The notes under the pieces were generated by a model. It worked only from the letters and a program-made list of their open reading frames with translations. It was not told the origin of the DNA and made no database searches. A program made the position numbers and the translations under genes. From an uncultured Gammaproteobacteria bacterium (GTDB lineage Bacteria > Pseudomonadota > Gammaproteobacteria > JABCZS01), in the NCBI GenBank assembly GCA_963848305.1, contig CAWKDC010000001.1, forward strand, positions 22,490 through 86,489: a stretch of 64,000 nucleotides of DNA, in the 5' to 3' direction. The stretch's first letter is position 1. Each line of letters begins with the position of its first letter. This document shows, piece after piece, positions 1 to 12,680 of this stretch.

Positions 1-305
1 TCAGTGGCGGCGCGAACGTTGCATCGGTCCTTGACCAGTCCGGTCTGCGGATTCCCTTGTTCCCAAAAGTAGGCGACAGTAACTCGCTCCAATTCCTCCA
101 GAAACAGGTCGTCCTCCGGGGAAAGAGCTATTGGGGGAAGCGGAAGAAGCGGAAGAGGGGAAAGGAGGTGCGGCATTTCCGTCGAGGCGGATAATAGACT
201 TGGCATTCCCAACTTTAAAAGCGAACCGCCGATGCATGATTTGGAGATCCGCCTTAACAGCTCCCTTCGTGACAGAGACAGGCAAGGATCTCTCTTTTCG
301 TCCAT
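1..305 (-). CDS. partial CDS, N-terminus only (continues beyond the window start); twin-arginine-signal-like secreted protein, possibly a glycoside hydrolase
   Basis: ATG at 303-305 on the minus strand; translation MDEKRDPCLSLSRRELLRRISKSC... has an S-R-R-x-L-L Tat-like motif; this frame has higher third-position GC than the tabulated 1..285 ORF in the other frame. Confidence 0.3.
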   Translation of the reverse strand, partial: MDEKRDPCLSLSRRELLRRISKSCIGGSLLKLGMPSLLSASTEMPHLLSPLPLLPLPPIALSPEDDLFLEELERVTVAYFWEQGNPQTGLVKDRCNVRAAT

Positions 306-344
306 AAACTCCATTTTAGCCCATTTCGGGCAGTTCTACGGTTT

Positions 345-365
345 GATGTAGAGGCGGCTTTACGC
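345..365. repeat. REP-like palindromic unit (half of a REPIN-type pair), family GTAGAGGCGGCTTTA(C/G)GC
   Basis: gatgtagaggcggctttacgc plus a spacer ccatttgg closely matches the REPIN at 14721-14798. Confidence 0.5.
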
Positions 366-512
366 TACCATTTGGTCCGTCGGTTGATGGATAAACTCGC
401 CGCTACAACATCAAACGGGGAGGTCCCGCCGTCAAGCGGTTGCGGCAAATAGGAACGACGTTATCTGGCCCTGAATGCGTTTTGCCCTAAACCGTCGTAA
501 AATGGTAAGAGA

Positions 513-1506
513 ATGAAGCGCAAGACGAAGGTGATCGAATGGATCGCGCTGGTTACCGCCCTCGCGGTGGCAGTGGTTGGGGCTTATCTTATCCATCTCA
601 GGAGGAAGTCGCCGGCGATGTCCGTCCAGGGTGCGGTGATCCGGCAGGACGCCGACCTGAGGAAACAGATACCTATTGCCGATGTGGAGATCAGCACGGC
701 CAACGTATTCGGAGCCAGTACTTGCAAGTCTGATGCTTCGGGTTTCTTTTGGCTTGAATTGCCTGCGGGCATCGCACCGGGCCAATCCGTAACGCTGCTC
801 TTTCGTCATCCGGGATACCATTCATTGGAACTAAATGCCGTCGCCGGCGACAAAATCTATGTGGCTCGGATGATACCCGATTCTCGCGAGGCCAGCGATG
901 CCAAAGATCATCCCGATATAGTGGTCGCGAATGTTGACGTAAGGTATTCCATAAAATCGACGGCCGTAGCCAATGTTGGCAGCGTTGTTAAGACCTTCCA
1001 GGCGGTAAATAAGGGTAATGTGCCGTGCAACGACAGGTCGCCATGCTCGCCGGACAGAAAGTGGAAGGCCGCCATCGGCTCCATTTCCCTCGATGCGGGT
1101 GAGGGGAACGAGTTTCGAGATGCCAGGGTCTCTTGCATTGCGGGACCCTGTCCATTTCACCAAAATCCAGTCCCTCAAGCTTTCTCACGATGGCCGAACC
1201 CTTAATGTGTCGGCCTTGGACTGGTCCGATACTGCCACTTTCCTGTTGGAGGCGGAGGTCGATCATCCGATGGTCAGAAACACCGGTCGTGAATCCTATC
1301 CGGTGACCTTTGGCGAAGCCCTGAGCTTTACTTTGCCGGTGGGGGCAGAGGGGGTTGTAATTGAAGCCGAAATGAACGGCGCGCCGATTGTATTCCCCCT
1401 GGGTCCGGATCTCATCTTGAGCTGGGCCGATTGCAATGCCAGGGTGAATAGAGACCAAACCAAGGCTTATCGGTGCACGCTTAAGCCCGGCTATCGGTTT
1501 CAATGA
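513..1506 (+). CDS. hypothetical protein with an N-terminal membrane anchor; one apparent frameshift near 1150
   Basis: ORF 513..1205 (hydrophobic N-terminus IALVTALAVAVVGAYLI) continues in ORF 1018..1506 in another frame. Confidence 0.4.
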
Positions 1507-1526
1507 TCGAACTGTTCCTGGGACCC

Positions 1527-3066
1527 TCACTGGTTCAAAACCCGACCATATATCTGGACCATTTCTGTCAGGCGCTCGCCGATTTCAGTCGTTAGTTGAC
1601 CTGCTGTAAACCGCCACTGCCAGTTGCCGCTGGGCCTCGCGGGCAAGTTCATCCGCGCTTCGCTGCCCAAACCCAGGACATCCTGGAGGGGAATGATCGC
1701 CATATCGGCTACCGAAGCCAGGATCGCCCGAATCATGACCCAGTTCATTTCCCGGCCGTCCGTCCCCAGATATTTGCGCGCGAACTTTTTTTCTGCCCGG
1801 ATGTCCTCGGCAGTTCGTGTGCTGTCGCCGGCGCCACTCGAGGTCCACCAGCCGAGGGTCGTATCGTTGTCGTGCGTCCCGGTATAAACCACAAAGTTAC
1901 GGCGGTAATTGTGGGGCTTGAAATCCGGTCGCTTGTGGATCGGTGCCAAACGCAAACTGCAGAATCCCCATTCCTGGGAAACCGAAACGGTCTCGAAGCG
2001 CAGTGACCTCAGGCGTGATAACTCCCAGCGTCTCGGCCACGATGGGCAAATCGCCAAGGGTTTTCTGCACGGCTTCGAACAGCTCGGCGCCGGGGCCTTT
2101 TACCCATCTGCCGTTGATCGCAGTCTTCTCGCCCGCGGGGATCTCCCAATAGGCTTCGAATCCTCGGAAATGATCGAGGCGGATGATGTCAACCAGACGC
2201 AGCGCTGATCGAAAGCGTTCAATCCACCAGGAATAACCCGTCTCCGCCATGACGTTCCAAGCGTATAACGGGTTGCCCCACAATTGTCCGGTGGCGCTGA
2301 AATAGTCGGGCGGCACGCCGGCCTGCACGGTGGGGTTGCCATCAGGGTCTAGATGGAACAGTTCGGGGTGGGACCAGACGTCGGCGCTGTCATGGGCGAC
2401 GAAAATGGGAATGTCGCCCATCATTTGAATTCCCCGATGGTGACAATAGGCCTTCAACTCCGACCACTGTCTGAAAAACTGGTACTGCGCGTATTTCTGA
2501 ACCGCAATTTCGGCGCTCAAGCGTTTCTGCCAGGTGGCGAGTGCTTCTGGTTGGCGGGTGGCGATTTCACGCTCCCACTTGTTCCACACTCCCCCGCCAT
2601 GGGCTTCCTTCAAAGCCATGAACAAAGCGTAAGTGTCGAGCCAGAGAGCGTTCTGCCGGCAGAAACCCTCATAATCCTCACGGCGTTCAGGTGAGGCGCG
2701 AACGCGAAAATTCTCCGCTGCCCTCTTGAGGAGAGGGAATTTATATTGGATCACCCATCCGTAATCAACGCGGTGCTCCGGAAATGGAGGCAGGGCATTG
2801 GCCACGTCAGCGGACGCGAGATCCCCCGATTCAACCAGTCCCTCAAGGCTGACCAGCAACGGATTCCCCGCAAACGCCGAGAAACATTGGTAAGGCGAGT
2901 CCCCGTAACCCGTTGGACCCAAAGGAAGCACCTGCCAGATCCCCTGTCGGGAAACCGCTAAGAAATCGGCAAAGTGATAGGCCTCAGGACCTAGCTCGCC
3001 GAGTCCGAACATCCCGGGCAACGAAGTGGGGTGGAGCAGAATACCGCTGCAGCGGTGGAATTTCAT
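1527..3066 (-). CDS. malQ: 4-alpha-glucanotransferase (amylomaltase, GH77), frameshifted near 1900-2057
   Basis: N-terminus MKFHRCSGILLHPTSLPG, then DSADVW, YFSATGQLWGNPLY, LVDIIRLDHFRGF motifs; the C-terminal part (VVYTGTHDNDTTLGWW...) lies in the second ORF 1527..2057. Confidence 0.8.
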
Positions 3067-3461
3067 GAACTGATCCTCTGGTGCCTCATTAAAACCGAAA
3101 GCATCGGCGATTCCAAATGTAACGGGATCCAGCGCCCTCGCCCTAACCCATTTTGCTGCTAATTGATAGATGGTCTTATCAATCCTACTGTTGCCCATTT
3201 GAATGAGCGCAACCCGTGTAGGTTTTACACACGAAAAGCTACCTTCAGAAAAGTATTCATGCGGATATTCCCTTCGCCACGTTCTTATGCTTGCCCTGGA
3301 TTGGGTTGATAAATAAGCAGGTAGGCTCATCCCGTTGGCTTGTGTCATCTTTGGTAGGGCCTTTGCTCCTATTGGAGAAGTCCTACCGAAGTGGCAACGG
3401 GCATCAGGTCGATTTGGAAAATAAATCTTCGAAAGGAGCTCTGCAAACATCCAAACACTAT

Positions 3462-5350
3462 ATGAATCTGGCCTTGGGCGCTACGCATCTTGAAGGAAAC
3501 AACTGCCGATTTGTTCTTTGGGCCCCTCTGGCAGAACTTGTTCAAGTGCGTATTCTCGACGAACGAGACTCCGTCTCTCTGACTGGAGCCGTCTCACGGG
3601 GAAGCCACAAGGGCGGCCGATTAATTCCGCTGCAGAGAACGGACAGAGGTTATCACGAAGGGATCGTCGAGGGAATCCGGCCCGGAACACGGTACATTTA
3701 TTGCCTTGACGGCAATAAGGATCGGCCCGACCCCGCCTCGAGGTTTCAACCAGAAGGCGTCCACGGAGCTTCCCAAGTTGTTGACCCGCGAGCATTTCAA
3801 TGGAACGATGCACGCTGGCGCGGGCTCTCACTCGAAGACTACATCATCTATGAAATCCATGTGGGGACCTACAGTAGCGAGGGAACGTTCGACGCCATTA
3901 TTCCCTATCTTGATGAAATAAAAGGATTGGGAGTTACGGCGCTTGAGTTGATGCCTGTGGCCCAGTTCCCAGGCGATCGCAATTGGGGTTACGACGGAGT
4001 TTATCCCTTTGCCGTCCAGAATAGTTATGGTGGCCCTGAGGGGTTGCGGAGGCTGGTTGAAGCCTGCCACGAGCACGAACTGGCTGTCGTGCTCGATGTG
4101 GTCTACAACCACTTGGGCCCGGAAGGGAATTACCTCGGCGACTTTGGACCCTATTTCACAGACCGATACCGGTCCCTTTGGGGTCAAGCCCTAAACTTCG
4201 ACGGCCCGGAAAGTGACGAAGTCGTCCGATTTTTCATTGAGAATGCTCTCTACTGGCTACGGGATTTTCACATCGATGCTCTTCGCTTAGACGCCATTCA
4301 TGGGATTGTGGATTGCAATGCTCAACCGTTCCTCTCGTTTACTGGCCCAGGCAGTGCACGATTTCGCCAAACAATCAGGCCGCAAGATTTATCTGATCGC
4401 GGAAAGCGACCTCAATGACGTGCGCTACATCCAGCCCACTCAATCGGGCGGATACGGGTTAGATGCCCAATGGAGTGATGACTTTCACCATGCTGTACAT
4501 ACCCTGCTCACCGGGGAAAAGTCCGGCTACTACCTGGATTTTGGTGGGATCGAGGACCTGGGAAAGGCCTTCGAAGAAGGCTTCGTATATTCCGGCCAGT
4601 TCTCCGCTTATCGGCACCGGCGCCATGGCAATTCCTCTCGTCACATTCCGGCGCGACAGTTCGTGGTTTTCGCCCAGAATCACGATCAGGTTGGCAATCG
4701 GGTATTTGGCGACCGGCTAAGCACCTGGTGTCCTTCGAGGCGTCGAAACTGGCGGCGGGGATGGTGATTCTCTCCCCCTACATTCCCCTGCTGTTCATGG
4801 GGGAGGAATGGGGTGAGACGGCCCCCTTTCAGTATTTCACCAGCCACTCGGACAGCGCCCTGATCGAAGCCGTGCGGCGCGGCCGGCGAGACGAATTTGC
4901 CGACTTTCGCTGGGAGGGCGAACCTCCTGACCCTCAAGCCGAGGCAGACCTTCTTGCGATGCAAACTGGATCACACCCTAAAGCAATCTCAACCCCATCG
5001 AACGCTCCAGGAGTTCTATCAGGAACTGATCAAGCTGCGGAAATCGCTGCGGGCTTTTGCCCGGCTCAGCAAGGAGCAGATGGAAGTGCGCGTCTTCGAG
5101 AGGGAGAAAGCCTTACAGATCCGCCGTTGGTGCGAAGACGATGAAGCGCTCATTTTGGCGAATTTCAGTGCCGAGCCCAGGACCATCCTCATGGCTGGTC
5201 TCAGCGGCAATTGGCACAAGCAGTTGGATTCGGCAGATCGCCGATGGAGGGGGCCAGGGAGCGTCGTTCCTTCGAGCTTCAATTCCACCGGCAGAAGCCT
5301 GTTTAAATCTGTGCCCAAAGTCTTTTATGGTATTTCAAAGGGCGGGGTGA
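3462..5350 (+). CDS. treZ: malto-oligosyltrehalose trehalohydrolase (TreZ, GH13), with at least three apparent frameshifts
   Basis: N-terminal E-set domain [11 protein letters not shown]13 core [24 protein letters not shown]...[16 protein letters not shown]...[10 protein letters not shown]; continues in ORFs 4300.., 4728.., 4897.. in other frames; the exact 3' end is uncertain. Confidence 0.75.
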
Positions 5351-5360
5351 CCTCAAAATT

Positions 5361-7866
5361 ATGGGATACATTTGCATTCACGGACATTTTTACCAGCCGC
5401 CGCGCGAGAATCCCTGGCTCGAAGCCGTTGAGCTTCAGGACTCAGCGCGTCCCTATCACGATTGGAATGAACGGGTCGATGCTGAATGTTACACGCCCAA
5501 CGCCAGCGCTCGGATTCTGGACGAGGAAAAGCGCATTGTCAGCATTGTGAACAACTACGCCAAGATCAGCTTCAATTTCGGCCCTACTTTGCTTCCTGGA
5601 TGGAGTCAAACGATCCGGCCGTCTATCGCGCCGTTCTGCGACGCCGATGCCCAGAGCGCCAAGAACTTTTCCGGGCACGGTTCCGCCCTTGCCCAGGCGT
5701 ACAACCACATGATCATGCCCCTGGCGAACGAGCGCGACAAATACACGCAAGTATTCTGGGGGATTCGCGACTTTGAACACCGATTTGGACGGCGGCCGGA
5801 AGGGATGTGGCTCCCGGAGACCGCCGTGGACGTCGCCACTCTGGAGGTCCTGGCCGAGCAGGGCATCAAGTTCACCATTCTTGCCCCTAACCAGGCCCGC
5901 CGCGGAAGGAAGATCGGCGGTCGCAATTGGAAGGATCTCAGCAACAGTTCCGTTGACCCGACCATGGTTTACCGTCACCGCCTGCCCTCGGGGAAGAACA
6001 TTAACCTTTTCTTCTACGATGGTCCGATCTCCCGCGCCATAGCGTTTGAGGGCGTGCTGGACAACGGCCAGCAGTTTGCGCGAGCGGCTTCTGGGAGCCT
6101 TTTCCGAAGACACGCGGCCCTGGCCGGAACTCGTGCATATCGCCACGGATGGGGAGACCTACGGCCACCATCACAAATACGGTGAAATGGCCTTGGCCTA
6201 TGCCTTGGATTACATCGAGTCCAACGGCCTGGCCGAGCTCATCAATTACGGCCTGTATCAGGAACGGCATCCTCCGACCCACGAAGTCGAGATATTTGAC
6301 AACAGCTCCTGGAGTTGCGTTCACGGAGTCGAACGCTGGCGCAGCAACTGCGGCTGCAACTCCGGCGGACATGCGGGCTGGAACCAGGAGTGGCGCGCCC
6401 CGCTGCGCGCGGCTCTGGATTGGCTGCGCGACACGCTGGCCCCTCTTTACGAAGAGAAAGCCAAGCAGTTGCTGAAGGATCCGTGGTCGGCGCGCAATGA
6501 TTACATTGATGTCGTCCTTGACCGCTCCGCGGAGACCCGGGAGGCGTTTCTCGCCAAGCACGCCCTTCGGCAGCTTGATGACGGCCGAGAAAACGACCGT
6601 GTGGAAGCTGCTGGAGCTTCAGCGGCACGCCATGTTGATGTACACCAGTTGCGGTTGGTTCTTCGATGAATTGTCGGGAATCGAAACCGTCCAGGTGATT
6701 CAATACGCCGGCCGCGCCGCCCAACTGGCGGAGGAGCTTTTCGGCAATCCCCCGCAAAGCCTCTTCATCGAAAAGCTGAGCCAGGCCAAGAGCAATATTC
6801 CCGAGCATGGAGATGGCGGCCGCATCTACAAGAAGTTCGTCCAGCCCGCCTTTGTTGACTTGCGCAAGGTCGCTGCTCACTACGCCATCAGGTCTCTTTT
6901 TGAAGCGTACCAGCCGGACACCCAAATTTACTGTTACAAAGTGGAGCGCCAAGCCGACGCTTAACCTCGAAAAGGAGAACAGCCACGCGCAGAAGCTCGC
7001 GGGCGGGCTTGGCGAGGTTTACCTCGGAGGTCACCCAGGAGTCGGCCGTCCTGGGCTTCGCCGCAATTGAATGTGGCGATTACAACCCCACGGGCGGTGT
7101 CCTGAAGGCCACGAACCCCGAGGCTTATGAGGCCGTAAGCGCTGCACTGAAGGAGCCCTTTCTGCGGGGAGACCTGAAGGAGGCATGCCGGCTCCTGGAA
7201 CAAAATCTCGATGGCGAGCCTTATGCGCTCGCGGTGATCTTTCGTGACGAGCAAGAAAGAATCCTCAAACGGATCATCGAGACAGAGTGGGCGGACGCCG
7301 ATGCGGCTTTTGACAGCCTTTACCCCCACCTGCTGTCCACGATGCGAACGCTCGCGAGGGTGGGAGGATCCTTGATGATTCCCCGAGCTTTCTCTGCCGC
7401 TGCCGAATTTGTTTTGAATACCCGGCTCCGGCGCGCGTTGGGGAGCGACCAGTTGGATTTTGAGGGCATCCGGAGTCTCATCGGCGATGCCGAGGGTGCC
7501 AATGTGGCGCTCGACGTGCCGACCCTGGAATACACGCTCCGGACAAAGCTCGAACGGATGGCGGAGAGCTTACGAGCCGACCCTACCAATGTTGAGCTTC
7601 TCCAGGGCTTGATTCCGCCGTGGGCATGGCTCGTTCGCTGCCGCTGGAGGTGAACCTCGCGAAGATTCAGAACATTTGTTACGAGTTGCTGCAAACCACC
7701 TACAATGACTTTCAGGTAAAAGGGCGAAGAAGGAGGCAAAAACGCCAGCGCATGGATCGAGCATTTTCGTGCTCTGGCTGAAAAACTCTCCCTGCGTGTC
7801 GCGGAGGAGCCCCGTTCTTTAGAGCCTGACCTGACCGGGGCTAAAGGACAGCAGGTGCAGGGCTGA
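5361..7866 (+). CDS. glycoside hydrolase family 57 protein (about 830 aa, DUF3536-type C-terminus), with several apparent frameshifts
   Basis: N-terminus CIHGHFYQPPRENPWLE, ATDGETYGHHHKYGE; the product is pieced together from ORFs 5361.., 6046.., 6497.., 7009.. and a tail to 7866. Confidence 0.7.
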
Positions 7867-7893
7867 AGCCCGGCGCGGTCTTGGTAGGAGGCG

Positions 7894-10770
7894 ATGGCCA
7901 CACTGCGGATTCCTCTGGCGACGTACCGGCTCCAGTTCAACGCGCAGTTTCGCTTCGAGCACGCGCGGGCGCTGGTGGATTACCTTGCACCAGCTTGGGG
8001 TGACGGATATCTACTCTTCGCCTCTGCTGCAAGCGCGGCGCGGAAGTCTGCACGGCTACGACGTCACCGATCCCTCCCACATCAATAGTGAAATTGGGAG
8101 CGAGCAGGACCTCGAGGCCCTGTCGGCGAAGCTCCAGGAACATCAAATGGGCCTCCTCCTGGACATCGTCCCGAACCACATGGCCGCCGGAAGCGAGAAT
8201 CCCTGGTGGATGGATGTCCTGGAAGACGGCCCCGGCTCTGCCTACGCTTCGTTTTTTGATATCGACTGGCACCCTCCCCGCATGATGCTCCAGAACAAAG
8301 TTCTTCTGCCGATCCTCCGCCACCCTTACGCCCAAGCGCTTGAGAACCAGGAACTCAAACTGGTTTTCGACCAGGGTGGCTTTTTCATCCAGTGTTTCGA
8401 TGCCAAGCTGCCCGTCGCGCCCAAAACCTACCTTCTGGTCTTGCAGCATCGGCTGGGCGAGTTGCAGCACAAGCTGGGCCTCCGACCACCCGGCGTTTCG
8501 GGAATTGGGAGGCATCTTCGCCGCCGCGACAAACCTTCCCGAGCGCGTTGCTCTTTCCACCGAAATGGCGGGGGAAAGACGCATGCAAAGGGAGGCCCTG
8601 AAGGAAAGGCTCTGGAAGCTGTATCAAGACTCGTCCGAAGTGCGGACCTTCGTCGATGAGAACGTGCGCATCTTCAATGGCCGGAAGAGGGACCCGGCCA
8701 GCTTTATGTTGCTTGACCGTTTGCTGGCCGAGCAGGCTTATGTGCTCTCATACTGGCTCTCCGCCAATGACGAAATCAACTACCGGCGATTTTTTACCAT
8801 CAATAATTTAGTGGGAGTCCGCGTGGAAGATCCCCTGGTGTTTGAAGCCACGCACGCCGTGATCCTGCGCCTTATCGAAAGAGGATTGGTGACGGGATTG
8901 AGGATCGACCACGTGGACGGCCTCCGAGACCCTCACGGTTATCTGCGCAGACTCCAGGAGCGCGTCGGAGGCAGTGCCGGAGACGATTCTCATCCGCCGT
9001 TTTATGTCCTCGTGGAAAAGATTCTCGCCTATGGCGAAAAGCTACCTCGCGAATGGCCGATCTGCGGGGCGACCGGCTATGCCTCCCTCAATGCTCTCAA
9101 TGGGCTTTTCGTCGACCTCCGACGGGTGCAAGAAACTCCACCAGATCTACGAATCGTTTATCGGCGCCACGATCCGGTATGAGGATCTGGTGTATGAAAA
9201 AAAGAAGGAGGTGATGGAAAGCCTCCTCGCCGTGGAGATGCGTTCACTGGGCCATTACCTGGCAATCCTGGCGGAACAGGACCGGTATGCGCGCGACTCT
9301 GCCCGCGGTGACCTTGCCAACGCTCTCACCGAGACCACCGCTTGCTTTCCCGTTTACCGGAGCTATATTCGGAGCTTCTCGGTGAGCGCGGAGGAACGCC
9401 GATACATTGAGAAGGCACTCGAGTGCGCTCGACGGCGGAATCCCGCGTCTAGCTTCGCAATGCTTTGATTTTGTCGCGACGTCCTTTTGTTGCGGGAAAG
9501 AGGCCATGTACAGCCCGAGCAGCGGGAAGCCAGACTGGCTTTTATTATGCGCTGGCAGCAGTTCACCGGTCCGATCATGGCCAAAGGGCTGGAGGATTCT
9601 GCCCTTTACGTTTACTACCCCCTGAGTTCGCTGAACGAGGTCGGCGGAGCTCCCGATTCCTCGGGAGTGCCGGCCGCCGAATTTCATGTATTCTGCCGCA
9701 ACCGGCAGAAGCACGGCCACACTCTGAATGCCACCTCCACCCACGACACCAAGCGCGCCGAAGATGTGCGCGCACGAATTAACGTGCTTTCCGAAGTTCC
9801 CGAAGAGTGGGATACGGCCCTCCAAAGCTGGACACGACGCAACATGGCCGAAGAAGATCCCGGTCGAACGGGCAAAAGGTCCCCGATCCTAACGAGGAAG
9901 TACCTCGTTTACCAGACCATGCTGGGGGCTTGGCCGCTGGACAAAGGGCGACATTTCCGCCTTCCGAAAACGGCTCCAGGATTACATGGTGAAAGCGGTG
10001 CGGGAGGCGAATGGTCCACACAGATTGGAGCCGCCCCAACGTCCGCCACGAGCAGGCGCTGATCCACTTCATTAAATCCATCACTCAGCCGTCGGAAGAC
10101 AACAAGTTTTTGCCCGACTTCCTTCGCCTGCAGCGGCAAGTTGCCTACTGCGGGGCGCTCAATTCCCTGGCCCAGCTTTTGCTCAAAATCACCGATTCCA
10201 GGGGTTCCGGATTTTTACCAAGGCTCTGAGCTTTGGGACTTCCGCCTGGTTGATCCTGATAACCGGGGTCCGGTGGACTTCGAAAAGCGGGTGCGCCTGC
10301 TGGCCGAGCTCCAGCGAGCAGGAGGAACAACGCGGCCGTTTGGACCTCATCAGGGACCTCCTTGACCACTGGCAGGACGGGCGCATCAAACTCTTTGTGA
10401 CCTCGACAGCCCTCAACTTTCGCCGGGATCACGCCCAAGCTGTTCCTGAAGGGCGATTACCAGCCATTGCACGGCGACGGGGCCCAAAAAAGAGAAGGTC
10501 TTTGCGTTTATGAGGCGTACCGAGGACGCCTGGGCGGTCACCGCCGTGCCAAGATTCGTCACGAAGCTGGCTTCCCGCCGGGCAGCCTCCCACGGGAGAA
10601 GGCGTATGGTCAGCCGGTACGGTGCTTCTACCTAAGGGGGCGCCGACGGATTGGGTCAATGTGCTGACCAGGCGAAAGCCTGAAGGTTCGCACTTCAAAG
10701 CAGGGAGCGCCCCTTGCCGCTGGCGGAGGTATTTGGTAAGTTTCCTGTGGCACTGCTTACAAGCGGGTAG
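7894..10770 (+). CDS. treY: malto-oligosyltrehalose synthase (TreY), with many apparent frameshifts
   Basis: Start [24 protein letters not shown] (TreY hallmark), [45 protein letters not shown]-terminus ...FPVALLTSG; the ORF fragments sit in at least seven frames. Confidence 0.75.
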
Positions 10771-10894
10771 TGCAGCGCGGCATTAGGCCGCAACGCTGAG
10801 TCGTGGCATGGCCATCCCGGCCATGGCGTTAACACGGGAAAGATGCCCGTGCCACGTCTGGTGCTCTTGCACCGCTGCGCTGCGTGGCCCAACT

Positions 10895-12561
10895 ATGACC
10901 AACCCCGAACCGAGCACCTACAAGCCTCCGGACGATCCGCTTTGGTACAAGGATGCGGTCTTCTATGAGGTCCATGTGCGCGCCTTTTGCGACAGCGATG
11001 GCGACGGGACGGGAGACTTCCGCGGGTTCGCGCAAAAGCTGGATTATCTGGAGGACTTAGGCGTCAACACCATTTGGCTTCTTCCCTTTTACCCCTCGCC
11101 GCTCAAGGACGACGGGTACGATATCTCCGACTATACGAACGTTCACCCTTCCTATGGCACCCTGGACGACTTCCAATTGGTTTTGGACCAGGCGCATCGG
11201 CGGGGAATGAGAGTCCTCACTGAACTGGTCATGAATCACACCTCGGACCAGCATCCGTGGTTTCAGGAGGCAAGGCAATCCAAGAACAACCCGCGCCGCG
11301 ATTGGTACGTGTGGAGCGACACTCCCGATCCCTACAGGAAGGCCCGTATCATCTTTATCGACACCGAACTCTCCAACTGGGCCTGGGACCCGGTTTCCAA
11401 GTCGTATTACTGGCACCGCTTCTTCAGCCACCAGCCGGATCTTGAATTATGACAATCCCGCCGTCCGGGAAGAGATGTGGAACCTCATGAAGTTCTGGCT
11501 GGATAAGGGCGTCGACGGATTCCGTTTGGACGCCGTTCCCTATCTGGTCGAGCGGGAAAACACCAACTGCGAAAACCTGCCCGAGACCCACCAGGTTCTT
11601 AAGGACCTTCGAAGCCGGCTGGCCCAGAATTACCCCAACCGGTTTCTGCTGGCCGAAGCCAACCAGTGGCCACAGGACGCGATTGCCTATTTCGGCACCG
11701 GCGACGAGTGCCACATGGCCTTTCACTTTCCCCTCATGCCGCGGATGTTCATGGCCATCCGGCTCGAAGACCGCAAGCCGATCATTGATATCATGCAGAG
11801 CACCCCGGCCATTCCCGAGTCATGCCAGTGGGGCTTGTTTCTACGCAACCACGATGAGCTGACGCTGGAAATGGTGACCGACGACGAGCGGGATTATTTG
11901 TATGACGAATACGCCAAGGACAAGAGCGCCCGGCTCAACCTCGGAATCCGGCGGCGCCTGGCGCCTTTGCTCGAAAACGACCGCCGACGCATCGAACTGA
12001 TGAACGGCATGTTGATGTCGCTGCCGGGAACACCCATCATCTATTACGGAGATGAAATCGGGATGGGAGACAACATTTACCTGGGGGACCGCAACGGTGT
12101 CCGCACGCCCATGCAATGGAATGCCGGCTGGAATGCCGGGTTTTCCGCTGCCGACCCGGAACAGCTCTATTTCCCGCTGCTGTCAAATCCGCTGTACGGC
12201 TATCAAAGCGATCAACGTGGACGCCCAGAAAAGGTCCCCCCACTCTCTGCTGTCCTGGATGAAACAGATCATTCGCGTGCGGAAATCCACCCAGGCGTTC
12301 GGGCGGGGGACGCTGGAATTTCTCGACTCGCCGAATCACCGGGTTCTGGCTTACGTCCGGGAAATGGGAAAGGATAAAATATTGGTCGTCAATAATCTAT
12401 CGAATTCCGCGCAGGCGGCAGAACTCGATCTTCGCCGGTTCAAGGGGGCAATCCCCATCGAGATGTTCGGCGGCAATCCCTTTCCTCGGGTGGGCGATCC
12501 TCCCTATCTTTTGACCTTAGGGCCGTATCAATTTTTTTGGTTCCGGCTGCGAAGGTTTTAG
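10895..12561 (+). CDS. treS: trehalose synthase / maltose alpha-D-glucosyltransferase (TreS, GH13), with two apparent frameshifts
   Basis: [92 protein letters not shown]. Confidence 0.8.
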
Positions 12562-12564
12562 GAA

Positions 12565-12680
12565 TTTTCGATTGTCGATTGCCGATTGTCGACTGATGAT
12601 TGCCATCAAGTCCGCGAAGCGGGCTGATCGCCATCGGCATTCGATAAATCGGCAATCGAAAATCGGCAATCGACAATGAT
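12565..12680. repeat. long imperfect palindrome with CGATTG/CAATCG sub-repeats between treS and the next gene
   Basis: ttttcgattgtcgattgccgattgtcgac ... gtcgacaatcg-type arms (ggcaatcgaaaatcggcaatcgacaatgat) around a GC-rich centre. Confidence 0.5.

Noticed and set aside
5442-6146. 234-aa minus-strand ORF
   Set aside because: It is antisense to the GH57 gene.
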